A stretch of DNA of 64,000 nt from Paraphysomonas bandaiensis (taxonomy: Eukaryota > Protista > Chrysophyceae), in the NCBI GenBank assembly GCA_965644295.1, contig CBFFRP010000073.1, forward strand, positions 1 to 64,000, written 5' to 3'. The notes under the pieces are model-generated. The model was not told the origin of the DNA. It saw only the letters and a program-made list of their open reading frames with translations, and ran no database searches. The translations under genes were made by a program, and so were the position numbers. The first letter of the stretch is position 1; every line of letters starts with the position of its first letter. Positions 37,942 to 50,708 of this stretch are shown piece by piece.

Positions 37942-37993
37942 CTACTAAGTTGGTGTAGGTTTTTAACGCCTATTGCTAATAATAAGACTTTCA
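37942..37993 (+). repeat. Dispersed ~50-bp repeat shared with the tail of the tRNA-His element
   Basis: CTACTAAGTTGGTGTAGGTTTTTAACGCCTATTGCTAATAATAAGACTTTCA versus 13501-13552 CTACTTATCTGGTGTCGGTTCTTAACGCCTACTGCTAATAACAAGACTTTCA; partial copy at 39589-39609. Confidence 0.85.
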
Positions 37994-40629
37994 ATATATG
38001 AAAGCAGTGTACTTAAAACATAGTATAATACATATATATGACAACCCATAACTGTTTAATTCTGGTTAATACCAGGGCTGCGTAACCCAACAATACTATT
38101 TGCATTACCACGCTGAATCTTGACTACTGCTTTCCCCAAATCTGTATTTTGAATAATGCCGGCGGCTGCTGCACCCAGGTGGAATTTCACTCCGGGTACT
38201 GGCGAATTGCATCATTAATTTAACCCGGACATCATCCAGATCAAGCCGTTCTACTCCATCTGATTCTAAATGAGACAAAACCACCTCTATCCTGGCATGA
38301 TCCACTTCGCTTGGGATAAATTGCAAGACATCAACATCAAAATCACACCCACTCAGATGACTGGACAATTCTATCATGTATACCTCTTGATCATGTCATG
38401 CAGTGAAACCTCCATTTGGTGATTTTTATTTAGTAGGTGATAGTTTATTCTTGCGCAGCACAACTCCATTATTTGTCAAAAACTAAACCAAATGGGCTCA
38501 GTAATGATATTAGTGATAGTTATATGTCAATCTACTCGGACTACTTTAGTGATGTTGTTCTGGATATATTTTCCCAGTTGGAATATTTCCTGGTATTTTC
38601 TCTGTCGACAAAAACGGAAAAGGTAGATCATCCGTAACTACCGCGCTGTATCAGTGATGCACATTCCAAGCATATATATATGGCCTCACCCGTCGCTTGA
38701 CATAACTATCGAATTTTAAAGACCACTTACAGTTAATTCAGCTTGAACTTTAAATTGTTACTCCAACAAACCGATTATAGGACTCGGCAGGGTTGCCAAC
38801 AAGAGCGTCCATCTAGATCCATGATTTTGCTTCTTCGACAAGCCCTACCAGAATGAACAATCCCTGCACTGCTAATTTTACAAACCCTTTTGGTAGTTCC
38901 TCTTTTAGTTCTAAATATACCCGTAAGATTTGTTAATATGTGATGGCTCTTGTTGATAAATAATAGCAATAAGCATTTTGCTATTCAACGATATTATTCC
39001 ATTAGTGTTGCATACACACACTATTCACTATATTCCTATATGTATATCAGCGTAGTATTGCACACACACTACTATAGTGATAATATATATATATATATAG
39101 CAACAACTAGAGTGGTCCCCAACGGATACACAACATCATTCACTACTATATTTGAGTAATATACGAAGCCGTTGAGTATCTGCAATCCTTTATATATGCT
39201 ATCTATATGTACCACGACAATCGTTGCGGAGATGCATGGTTTGTTCTTTGACAATTTGTCAAAGATATATCTGACATGTTATATCTCTTGCGCACTGAGG
39301 CCAAAGACTTTTAAGTGTATACTGACCCTTCATATATATTAGTCACACAATTATGATTAATAATGAGAAGTGACTGTGCATATACATCTAATATCGGTAG
39401 CTATAATATACAGCTAACAACAATTTCAAACCGTTAGTTTTCTATCCAAAACTGACACATGGATAGCATTTATAAATAGTTGAATACTGAACTCACTCAA
39501 GAATCAATTAATGCTAAATATAGTAGGATATCATATTTAGGCACTAGTTATTCAAATTGTTTTGCTACATTAGTTCAGACTCTTACATGCCTATTGCTAA
39601 TAATAAGACATGCACTACATTCACTACTATATTGAAGTTGTCGCTATATATTCACAACTTCCCAACCAATATTTTACATATATATATATAGTCAATATAC
39701 TTCAGTCTGTCTAACTTATTCATACATTGTGTTTGTATGTTTGTCTTTACCTACTGTATTCTTCAAGGAAGAACTCAAACCTTAAAATACAGCTATATAA
39801 TATTTCATACATAGACGCAAAATATCAAAATCGTTGTCCGAATCAGCCCGCTCATTAACTGAAGTAAACATTATGCAAACGTGGGAATTTTACGATATTT
39901 TGGGAAATTTAGGAGTATTTACAGTATATAAACAGAAATGTTTAAAAAGCTATTCTATTTGTAGTGTTAGGGTTAGAGACAACAAAAAATATTAATTTTA
40001 TTAACATTTTAAGTCCTATAGGATGTAACAGAAGCACGTTTTCGCTTACCAGCAACCACGTTATCTGCCCTTATACTACCACTGTCAACCCATTGATCAT
40101 CATGAGCAACATAAGTGTAGCTGCCAGCAGTCATTGTCCTATTCGAACCTACCTTGTTTCTAACTACTTGTGGTCTTAAATACAATGACTTAAGTCTATC
40201 AGTACGACCATCAATATAGGAAACATCATATAACTTTCCATTCACTGCAGTAACTATACCATTGAGCCCATGAATATTTCTCACTTTCTCACCTACTTTG
40301 AACTAAGTAGTGAGAAGTAAGTGAAACGGTGAGAATATTTTTCATGGCTTTTAGTGGCTAGTTGTCATCCACATAGATTTCTATATATGCATCTCCGAGA
40401 ACTACTTAATGTAGACATGATAATCGATATAGAGTTTAGATCATATTTTAGTCAACTTTACGCTGTACTCAGCATATTATTACTATTAAGCATATTGTCA
40501 TAAAGTACATTACAATATATCTCTGCAAATAAACACACATAAAAACGATGTTAGCGATAAGCGAGCCGATAACAACAACATAAATATAAATGTACTCTAA
40601 CTATGATCAACTCCATTGGAGGATGGATA

Positions 40630-43600
40630 TCATCCTTTCTTTAGAGGGCTTGAAGGAGAAACCCAAGGCTCGTCTACCAGAAGAGCCCTCCAGTTGAGTT
40701 TGAACGGAGGGATCGTTCTAACTGTTCTATCCCTATCCAGAAGTCTTTCCCTACCGCCACTTGACTCCATATACCACAGTAAACTCGCTAGCTGCAATGA
40801 AAACAACCGAGCAAGTCAACAATTTGCAACACTTCATTGAATCTTCTATACACATAACTCACCCTATTTATAACTGCACTCACTGGGCCTTTACTGCGTA
40901 CTAATTCCTCCTCCATTGTGTCCAGACAGTCACACATGAGACTGATCTCGACCAGAAGTACCTTAAGCTACACCATAAACTACTATTAATACTGTTGACA
41001 TCTTATATTAGCAAACTACCTCTTGTATGCTGATAGTGACTTTAGGTGTTTTGAGTTTCTTTCTACTCTGAGATAGCAGATCATCACACACAGAAACAAT
41101 TTCATCAGCCGTCACGAGAACTGGAAATATCTTGAAGTCTCTTGCAAATAGCATCACAGCATCCATAGTCATTCCCTCAGAGTGCCGGCTATACACTGCG
41201 AAGATCGCGTCCAACACTGCCTGCTCGCGCGAGAGAAACTGCAACGCAGCTGACTGAATAGAATCAGGAACTGCACACGGTCCGGAGAAACTCCGTCCCC
41301 CACCAAAAGCCAAACAATCCGCGCTATGACTATAGCTGTGCACTAACCGCAGCAGCCTAAGAGGCATATAAGTATTAATGCATATATAAGACTGGAGCAT
41401 GCATTTCTTACTTCTCAAGCATCGAGCTTATCTCCTCTTCATCACGAATATGTCTTAGCTTAATCCTTTTGCAAGCACAGGCAACCAGTGCGAAGACCAC
41501 CGCCTCAAGATCAACGACGGTGGGAAGAACATGCATAAGAATATCCACCTCACAGACAGGAAGCCGCCGAGGGTGCATCAGACCAAGGTGGGGAGATATC
41601 AGCACCCTCCTTAACAGACTGCGAGTAATCACACAGGCATCACCGTGAGAAAACTTTTCAGTGCTGGCAGCCTGTTGGTGCCGCAAAAGCTGAAAGAACT
41701 CTACAGCCCCCAGTACGAATTCCTGTTCGTATATTACGCAGATAAGTGTGGTCAATACTACTCGCCTTCAAAGTTCGCTTGTTAACGTCGAGGCTTTTCT
41801 TCGGTAAGGGTGCGGCTGCGGTAGTGCACACCTTCAGACTATTCAAAGCCTCTCGAACCCTGAGCTCACAACGTGCCTGGGTCTGTGTGACATACTCCAC
41901 AGCCCCTCGTACTCCCCGCACAGCAGAAGTGACCTCTGCAGCTGGCAATGCAGCATACGCCTCATCCATCTCTTGGTCCTGTCCTCCACTACCCCCTTTG
42001 CTTTCGTCATGCATCTCTTCAGGGCTTGAAGGTTCCTCACCTCCGCGTGATGCTGCTCCAGAAGAGACACTCTGATTGTATTTATATTCATCCGGTGTAA
42101 AGTCGTCGACACCTTCTACAAATATGCCGTCCCCAGAATCCACAGCGAACTCTTGTATCGCTATAGGAGACCATGTCGAATTACTCCCTTGCAAATCGTT
42201 GACGCTGAATGGTATATCTACATCACTCTTTTTCTGTTGCTGTGTCTGTAGCTCCTCTAGCTCGTTCTTGACGTCTTCGTACCGCCCACGCCACACAGCG
42301 ACCTCTTGCTGCAGCTCTGCTATCACCGCCCCCGCATCACCTGTATTACAAGTTATCTATTTCAACGCAAATAATTGCGTACTCAAAATGTACTCACCCC
42401 CATTAGATTCGACAGGCTTGACTTCTTTATGCTGCGCACTGAGTTGGCTACTCTCTCGTTTCTCGAGTGGAGCTGATCGCTCACTACCACAGATGCTCTC
42501 TGCAACCCTACCATCAGCTGCCACAGAATTCGTCTCTTCCTCATGCGCCACACTACTCCCCACAGAAGTGACGTCACTGATAGATGCACCTGCCCTCTTA
42601 AGTAACAACCCTGCCACCACATCTTCAATAGATGAACATAGTGCTAGGTGAAGTGGAGTGATACCACAACCTCCCTCACTGGGAGACAGGCCCAAACAAG
42701 ACTGTGGGTCAGAGCACGAGGGACGATGGGTCCTGGCGGCACGTACTGCTCCCCCTATGGCATCAACGTCCCCAAAGAGATCCTGCATGCACCTGCTGTT
42801 CACTGAGCGCTTCACAATAGTGAGTACAGCATCCACAGCCTCAGTGTCTTGCATACCCTACAACTACATTTACAAGCACATAAAACCATGAACCGTAACA
42901 GTGCCTGAAAAATAGGTACACTCCGACAAATGAAGTCGAACTCCTCTTCTTCCTCTTGCAGCATGTAACTTATATGCCTCTCCTCCACTGCCACCCCTGC
43001 AAGTAGCCCCATTAGGGCCGCACATATATCATGGTTTTTGTGGTTGTGAGCGAGAGCCCGCAGGGTGGAGGAAACTACTTCGTCCGATATCTCCTGGAGT
43101 GCTTCTGGAGCCTTGTTGGCAACAGCGGAGAGAGTGACTGAGCACTGATAGACAAGTACCCTCTCGTCCGAGAAAGAAGATAGTAGCTGTGGTAAATGGG
43201 CGAGTACATCCAAAGAGGGGGCAGAACATATAGAACTCTCTGAGGCGTACTCGTACACTCTAGAGAGAAACGCCACTACAGCCCGTAGGACAGCCTTGGA
43301 CCGTTTGTCATCGGCCAAGACAACGCTAGTAATACCTAACAGACCTTCGTTTGTATCTAATTTTAACACAAATGTCAATATTATAGTCCTCTAGCAAAGA
43401 ATATATGCAACAACCGTACCCGGGAAGTCATGTTTTACATGCTTGAAATAAAGGGCAGCAAGATAGTCGAAGCAAGCTGCCACTACATGTTCATTTCCCT
43501 TCCACGCGTGAAGGGAATCCAAAGTTGTCTTAAACCTTAACCAAAGTGTAATACAATTACGCGATACACAATATTCGTGATATTCCGATCGCACCTCTGT

Positions 43601-44044
43601 CGCAGCTCGTCATCTGAATAAAAATTCTCCTCTGTTGTACTCAGTGAGAGGTCTTGAAGAAGCTGATAAGCTACAAAATATAATGTCTCAAACTGTGAAG
43701 TTGTAAATAATATACACCACACACCTCGCATCTGAATGGGTCTTGACTTCATATATTTGACAGTGCAGTGCACGAGAGCCTCCTGCAGCAATAAAACATC
43801 ACATACATCACAGCACTGCGACGACTATACAGACCTTTAACAGAAAGTTATCCGTTTGATTTAAATCAGTTGAGATGTTAGCATCCCATAGAAACTTCTC
43901 TGTCTTTGAATGATCACTACAGTCTCGTATATTACTCCATGTGAGGTCATCCACACTACTCCTCTGATGCATCTTAACGCTCTTTGAGGACCCAATGTTG
44001 TGAATCCTCCGACGCGGGGCGGTGGGGCCTTCATCTTCTGCCAT
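40630..44044 (-). CDS. Large multi-exon hypothetical protein (ARM-like helical N-half, coiled coil, possible degenerate EF-hand region)
   Basis: Chain of minus-strand ORFs 43808, 43537, 43391, 42812, 42357, 41658, 41408 and 41008 linked by short GT-AG introns; start MAEDEGPTAPRRR at 44044, stop TGA at 40630. Confidence 0.7.
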
Positions 44045-44548
44045 AATGAAAGCGGTACTAGCAAAGTATTGCTTGTCGATGATGTTATGTGGAGATGCGC
44101 ACCTTTCACTTGTCTTGCACACATATTTAAATACTAATACACAGAGTACACCTCTGTATACTGCACCATACCACTACGCAAGCACTTTGGATGGTACGAT
44201 TTTGGGGTGTCCATTTTCCCAATTTTCCAATAAAACAGACATTTTCTGGAAGTTTTTGCAATATTACATTTTTGGAGCGAAGCAATCAATATGTCCCGAT
44301 ATCTATAGTTAGATACACTGTACAACACAGCAGCCAGAACTGATGTGTGTGTACGCTCAGCTCAGATACTCTGATACCAACGAAGGGAAGTGTCGGAAGA
44401 AGTGTAAGTGAAGTGTACAGGTATGTCAATGTGCTATATCTAGGTATGGCATACAGTCATAGTGTGGGGGTGTGGTATGATGTGTGCTGTTCATTGAAAG
44501 GAGTGAGAGTACTGCGTTATCCATACCACTCATACAACGAACTCCCCC

Positions 44549-46177
44549 ATGTACTCGTTATCCCTATCCCTACTCCTTCTATCTCTACCACATTATGTCT
44601 CCTCCTCAATGAGCGTCTATGTGTCTCTGCGTGAGTGCATTGAGCATATCTCTCCAGACCCCCTCTTTCTCCCCTATAAGGGCGATGCATATAACAACTC
44701 ACGAGTTGGATGCAATTTCCGATATGATAACTACTGGCCTGGTCTGATATTGGTTGTGCGGAGGGTGGAGGATGTGCAGGCAGCTCTCATGTGTGCAGCG
44801 GAGCAGGTAGTGGAGGTGGTGGTAGTTAACGGTGGTCACAGCATGGAGGGGATGTCATGTACTAACGGACTATTGCTTCAGATGGATGACTTCCATAATG
44901 TGACAGCATTTGGTGTGGGCGCAGAGAAGAGCGATGCCACCATAACTGTGCAGGGAGGAATGAGGTTAGGGCGGCTATATGGTAGTATTATTGACTTGAC
45001 TCGGGGCTTGAAAGACACATACATATTTGGTGGTGGAACATGTCCAACTGTAGGAATTTCGGGACACATATTATGCGGTGGTTATGGTTTGCTGGGTCGC
45101 CTTCTGGGTCTTACATCCGACCAAGTGGTGTCCATTGATGTTGTAAATGCTCAGGGCGCAGTTGTGACCGCCAATGCTTCATCGAACTTAGACTTATTCT
45201 GGGCGCTAAGGGGGAGTTGTGGATCATGCTTTGGCGTGGTTGTATCGGTAACCTTAAGATTATACCTGATGCCGAGCCCTGAGCTTACTCGAATTGATGT
45301 CCCAGATATTTTATACAGTAATGTGCCTGGAGGCATCCAAGCGTTGAATGGGGTGGTTTTGTGGTGGCAAGAATGGGCCACACGGCAGGCAGCAATATCT
45401 TGCACATCCGCACTGCACATCAAAGATGATAGACTCTCGCTACAAATTCTTTATGTTGGCACTTTGCAAGAGACTCTGGACAACACGCTGGATGAACTGT
45501 GGCAGGGGTTACACAAGGTCATGGAGTTTACTACACTCTTTAAATCGTATAAATCTGGATCGTTTCTAGATAGTGTTGTGTGGTGGTCACACGATGAAAA
45601 CATAACCACTGTAGACGATTTACTCTCTGTCATTTCTCTTCAATCTCTTGCGGAGCGGGACAGGAGTCGAAGGAAGACTAAAAGTGCCCTGCTAATGCAA
45701 CCAATGGATGAAGAAGCCGTGCAATCTGTTATCAGTATGCTTGTTTCTGGAAACCTGAATCAATTTGAAATAAAAGCTTACAGCTATCAATGTAATCATC
45801 AAATTCAACACGAGATTCTGGCACCTGGAAGATTTAGTGCCATCTGGGATGACAAATCTCCCTTACGCCGTGGCCATGCAATGGAGGTGCATTATGGAAA
45901 CAGCTATGCGGCAAACGAATGGGACGACATCAGTACTTTAGATGCAAACCTGGTTCAACAAGTGAACATTGCTGGAAATGTGCTGCTACCTTTTACATCA
46001 GGGGATGGAGATGAAGTATGGGGGTACCCTGGTTACATTGACCGCGATTTGAGCAAGCCTGGATATGCGTACTTTGGCTTGAAAAATTCCGCTCGGCTAT
46101 TTCACCAGCGCGAAAAGTTTGATAAGGAAAACGTCTTAATGAATTCAGCATGTGAGTATCTCTGGAGCACTATATAG
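44549..46177 (+). CDS. Secreted FAD-linked oxidase, berberine-bridge-enzyme / VAO-like
   Basis: Signal peptide; NGGHSMEG, GTCPTVGISGHILCGGYG, DLFWALRG...FGVV, YPGYID, REKFDKENV; single exon. Confidence 0.9.
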   Translation: MYSLSLSLLLLSLPHYVSSSMSVYVSLRECIEHISPDPLFLPYKGDAYNNSRVGCNFRYDNYWPGLILVVRRVEDVQAALMCAAEQVVEVVVVNGGHSMEGMSCTNGLLLQMDDFHNVTAFGVGAEKSDATITVQGGMRLGRLYGSIIDLTRGLKDTYIFGGGTCPTVGISGHILCGGYGLLGRLLGLTSDQVVSIDVVNAQGAVVTANASSNLDLFWALRGSCGSCFGVVVSVTLRLYLMPSPELTRIDVPDILYSNVPGGIQALNGVVLWWQEWATRQAAISCTSALHIKDDRLSLQILYVGTLQETLDNTLDELWQGLHKVMEFTTLFKSYKSGSFLDSVVWWSHDENITTVDDLLSVISLQSLAERDRSRRKTKSALLMQPMDEEAVQSVISMLVSGNLNQFEIKAYSYQCNHQIQHEILAPGRFSAIWDDKSPLRRGHAMEVHYGNSYAANEWDDISTLDANLVQQVNIAGNVLLPFTSGDGDEVWGYPGYIDRDLSKPGYAYFGLKNSARLFHQREKFDKENVLMNSACEYLWSTI

Positions 46178-47403
46178 AATCTCCTGCATGTTATTGCGGA
46201 TTTGGAATTGTATATTTTTGTCACGTATTCTACAAATGGCGTCCGTAGTGGCGAAGGGAAAAGTATGTTTCTTTAGTACCTTGTAAGTTATTGGTGCTGA
46301 TAGAGGCCCTGCTAATGATATTTGAAGGGCAGTTGGGTCATAGTAGTCTTTACGACGATGTTCCTCATCACCATGTAAAATAAAAGTGCATAGTACTTAC
46401 TAGATATAGGAGGGGTAAATTTACTAGCAGAAAGTATTTTACTACTAATATTCAGTGTATGGCACCACATTGTTGAAGTCAGTATCGTGATTTCAGTATT
46501 AAATTTTCTTATACATATTGGTCCCACGAACTTGTGGAAAAAGTGCCAACCGGGCACCAAAATATGTCTTAAATATAGGGGCGTAAATAGAAACTTTTAA
46601 ATACTACATATTTTTCCAGATGCTTAATCTGTAAAATTGGATGAGACTCCTGAGCTGTAGCTGTGTATTGCATGGCACATAGGAAAGCAAACTACTGGAC
46701 AGAGCTTCATTCCAGCGTTTGGGAATATAATAATGCCACTGCTCAGTTGAGTAAATTCCTTTTAGGCTCGTTCTTTTGTTATCTAATAGATTATAAAGTA
46801 CATATTATGTCAACCACTGATCAAGTGCCGCATCTTGAATCGTCATGATACTTCAGTGTCACGTTTATAATAGCGATGTAGTATTTTGACTACGTATTAC
46901 ATTTTTTCACATTTTATTTATTAACGTATTCTACAGTTCTATCTTAGGGAAACATCCGTATTTCAACAAAATCACAACTTTTATGATTTACCTGTGCGGT
47001 ACCTTTACATTATATGCAAAGGCGTAACCTAGCAATGATTTATCTTAGTGCTTCGTGATTAAATAAAGTACTCATATTGTGCGAAAGGAAAATATAATAC
47101 AAACGTCTACATGCTAGATGTATAAGAATGTGTGATGCCTGGCCACCACCATACCCAGCCTCGTATGGGACGCCGTGACCACAGGGATGCAGATCTATAA
47201 TCTATACCTACATATTTGACAAAGCTATTACAATTCTGGTAATTTGTATAATTTAAACTCATACCACAGCACTATTGATGTTTCAAGCTTTCGAAAGCAA
47301 AGATAATATATTATAAGAAGCTTATTACAACACATAGCAACATTGTCATGCTATAATCCTATCCATCTATAAAGACACAAATATCGAATAATCCCACTAA
47401 ATT

Positions 47404-48612
47404 TTAACTGTCCATATTCGCCAAAATATTATTCTGTGAAACTACCCGGCGGAATGGCGAAAACGGTACATATAAGCCGAATAATTGAATCTTCGTTTTC
47501 TTGGTACCAAGAGTCTTCTCAACATCGTCCACTAGGTTTTCATAATGCTGTGCCAATAGAGGATCCGCTATGAAGTATGTATTACTCCACAGAGCTCTCA
47601 TTGTCCACAGCAATACAATCACAAATACACCAAAGGCAATGAGAAACAACAATAACGACGCAACTCGCAGAAGGGGAGTATGTAGAGACAAACGATAAGT
47701 GTTAACAGCATTCGCAAAAGCTACTAAAGGAAAGGTCACAGCCCATAAAGGATGAATCACTTCAGGAGTGCGAAAGATCACAACAATATTCCGAATCAGA
47801 AGGAAAAAAAGGCCGATGGCAATATATATAAAGAAACGGGAAATATCATCATAGACATTTCCCTGCAATGCAGTCCACGCTACAGAAGCAACAGAAGGGG
47901 GTACAAAAAATAAAAAATAGGCCCCGTATGGCTGCGAAGGAAGTATCCAGGCCGTTGTCTGGTTTATTCGGCTTAAAGTAATAGCTTGAAAGAGCGAAAT
48001 GATAAATAATAGCCACGCCACAACACCTAAGGTAAACATAAACTTCCCGAGTTCAATAAGATGGCAGTCCGCTAATATTTTTGACGCTAGAAAATTACCC
48101 ACATGTGTTAAATTAAAGAGAATATTAACTTGTTTAGCTAAGCGAGGTGAACGTTGGGGCATCATGTACTGCCAATACGTACTCACAGACCAAATCAGCT
48201 GCAATATGGTAACAATGTAGGCAATAGACGGATGATAAGATCGTAGTTGCGAAGAAGTGGAAGATGCCATACTATCTGGCACTGATAATGTAAGAATCAT
48301 TGCAGACATAAGAGGAAAAAAGAAAAAACAGTATCTTATCGGATGACTGAATTCACATCTGACTGCCTCAAAATGAAGAATTGTTTTAGTAATGTATGCA
48401 GCAAACATTATCACTGAAACAATCAGTCCGATCCACCACGCTGCACACTGATATCTCGCAGGAATTTCAGAGAACTCTGTATGAGTTTCAATTAATGCTT
48501 TCCAAAGCATAGCTTGAGCGCTAACACCAACAGAGAGGCCTAGTGCTGATATTGGATACTTCTGTAAGTAGTTTAGCATTAGTGGTTTAGGTGATACAGA
48601 AGTAGGTGTCAT
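47404..48612 (-). CDS. SLAC1/TDT (TehA) family anion channel
   Basis: About 10 hydrophobic segments; FEAVRCEFSHPIRYCFFF, VGNF, FLFFVPPSVASVAW, WAVTFP. Confidence 0.9.
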   Translation of the reverse strand: MTPTSVSPKPLMLNYLQKYPISALGLSVGVSAQAMLWKALIETHTEFSEIPARYQCAAWWIGLIVSVIMFAAYITKTILHFEAVRCEFSHPIRYCFFFFPLMSAMILTLSVPDSMASSTSSQLRSYHPSIAYIVTILQLIWSVSTYWQYMMPQRSPRLAKQVNILFNLTHVGNFLASKILADCHLIELGKFMFTLGVVAWLLFIISLFQAITLSRINQTTAWILPSQPYGAYFLFFVPPSVASVAWTALQGNVYDDISRFFIYIAIGLFFLLIRNIVVIFRTPEVIHPLWAVTFPLVAFANAVNTYRLSLHTPLLRVASLLLFLIAFGVFVIVLLWTMRALWSNTYFIADPLLAQHYENLVDDVEKTLGTKKTKIQLFGLYVPFSPFRRVVSQNNILANMDS

Positions 48613-49098
48613 CCCATTACAACCGAGTGATGAGTGATTCAGAAGATCAGGTTGCTGCTGGGCCGGACATTCTTAAAAGATTTTAGTCCTAACCATCACA
48701 TCACCACACACATGGTGGATATATCCCGTATACACGCTGCATATGGTTCAAACTTCAAACTATTGTAGTATGCTATATTTGTCTCTTTTTTATAAGTAAT
48801 TTTACATAAACAAGTCCTCTGTGTATGTACGTGTATAAGCACCGTGGTGGTCGGCAACAGCGTTTTTTGAAGAAACGCATCCCAAAAAACAAAAAGTGTT
48901 TATGGCGTGTGTGATATTTTTAGCTGTACTGCGTACTGCTGTGTACTGTGTGTGGTAAGAGTGACTTGTACAGCTTTGCAATCTCACACACTCCTCACAG
49001 ACTCCTGTGATCAGCTCATAATTGCAACAGCTGTTGTGTTTGCACCTTACTGAGATATCTGTATAACACTTATCAATCTGGAGGGAACGAATCGTGAA

Positions 49099-50100
49099 AT
49101 GGATAGTAACGTGGACACTAATGAGAACACGCCTTCTGAGTGCTCTGTAAACGAAACCACACACCCTGATGAGGGATCTCATGTAGATCACGTTACACAA
49201 TCTGACCAACTCTGTGCATTATCCAAGAACCAGCAGAAAAGGCTCTTGAAGGCCCAGCGTTGGGAGAAGGCGAAACAACTAAAGAAAGAGCGCAAGAAAC
49301 AGCAGGCAAAAGATAACAGACCTGAGAAGAGAAAATTTGAGGAATTAGAGGAAAATGGACATGAAGAAGCTACGTCGGCGAATATCGAGAGACAGGCTAG
49401 GAAAGAACAGGCAAATGCGGATTTTTTAAAGAAATGCGATGATTGTTACGGCGTGATAATAGATTGCGGTTGGGAGGATGACCACACTGACAGTACATTG
49501 AAATCATTAACCCAGCAGATAATGTACTGTTACGGTATAAATAATCGTAGTGAGCATCCGTCCTATATATATGTTACTGGCATTGGTCCTCGTACCTCTG
49601 AAAAGCTAAAGAAAAATCACTGTGAAAATTGGAGAGGGGTATCTCTGCATTCTTCTGATTATTCGAAGCTATTTGTACCCGAATCTGCAGCTGATGATAG
49701 CAGTGGCCCAATAGGTATCGGTGCTGCAAATGGTGGCAAGAAGTGTGCGATGTCCAAGGAGTTAGTATATTTGACTTCTGACTCGACAGAAACGCTGGAG
49801 GACCTCGATGATAACTGTGTGTATATAATAGGAGGAATTGTCGACAGGAATCGCCTGAAAGGGGCGACCTACAATAAGGCACAAAAGCAGGGAATACGAA
49901 CAGCCAAGCTTCCAATTAAGGAACACTGCAAGATGTCGGCTACTCATGTTCTGACGATAAACCATGTGTTCGATATATTAAAGTCATATTCTAGCTGCAA
50001 GTCTTGGGCAACTGCTATGGAAAAAGTGCTCCCATCTAGGAAAGGGGCCACTGTTACAGACAGCTCTTTGCAACACGATAAGGATACCGAAAGTTGTTAG
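49099..50100 (+). CDS. TRM10: tRNA (guanine-N1-9)-methyltransferase Trm10
   Basis: LSKNQQKRLLK, SLTQQIMYCYG, LVYLTSDS, YIIGGIVDRNR, TAKLPI, VLTINHV, VLPSRK. Confidence 0.95.
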   Translation: MDSNVDTNENTPSECSVNETTHPDEGSHVDHVTQSDQLCALSKNQQKRLLKAQRWEKAKQLKKERKKQQAKDNRPEKRKFEELEENGHEEATSANIERQARKEQANADFLKKCDDCYGVIIDCGWEDDHTDSTLKSLTQQIMYCYGINNRSEHPSYIYVTGIGPRTSEKLKKNHCENWRGVSLHSSDYSKLFVPESAADDSSGPIGIGAANGGKKCAMSKELVYLTSDSTETLEDLDDNCVYIIGGIVDRNRLKGATYNKAQKQGIRTAKLPIKEHCKMSATHVLTINHVFDILKSYSSCKSWATAMEKVLPSRKGATVTDSSLQHDKDTESC

Positions 50101-50708
50101 CTGTTTTAGTTTATTCTTAACTTTAATCGTCATAGTTTCTTCTACAATGTCTCACATTTTATAAATATCACATTTTTTAATTGTAGAGTTAAGAGTTACG
50201 TGTTGTTGATTTCATCTGTCATCAACGTATGGTAATAGCATTTAGATGTTTACAAAACTATACTACAATGTGTAGATGTGTAGACCAACTATTTTGCGGA
50301 CTGCTTTGCATGTACATATCCAATTGACAAGCAAGTCCAGCGCTTCATTTGTTTTCATATTCTGTCACAACGGGAAACTTGTATGATGTGACCGCTATTC
50401 TTATCACATATATAGTATATATATTATACATTGTGCAACTATGTGTTGTCGCACGGTGTATCATGTATCACATGGAAACATTTCTATTTGCAATAGAATA
50501 TAGCTTTACTATGTACTAGAAATAGACTAATAGCTGCTCATAGTATGCGATTTATACTCATATAATAACAAACCAGGATACGAAAATTGCTCAACAAACC
50601 TTCATCTTTTATTAAATAGGCTATCCGTCATCAAATGCGGCGTTACGAATATTCAGAAGTAAAGATTGTGTGTGTGCGTGTGTGCCACGACTTCTTGGAC
50701 TATAATAC

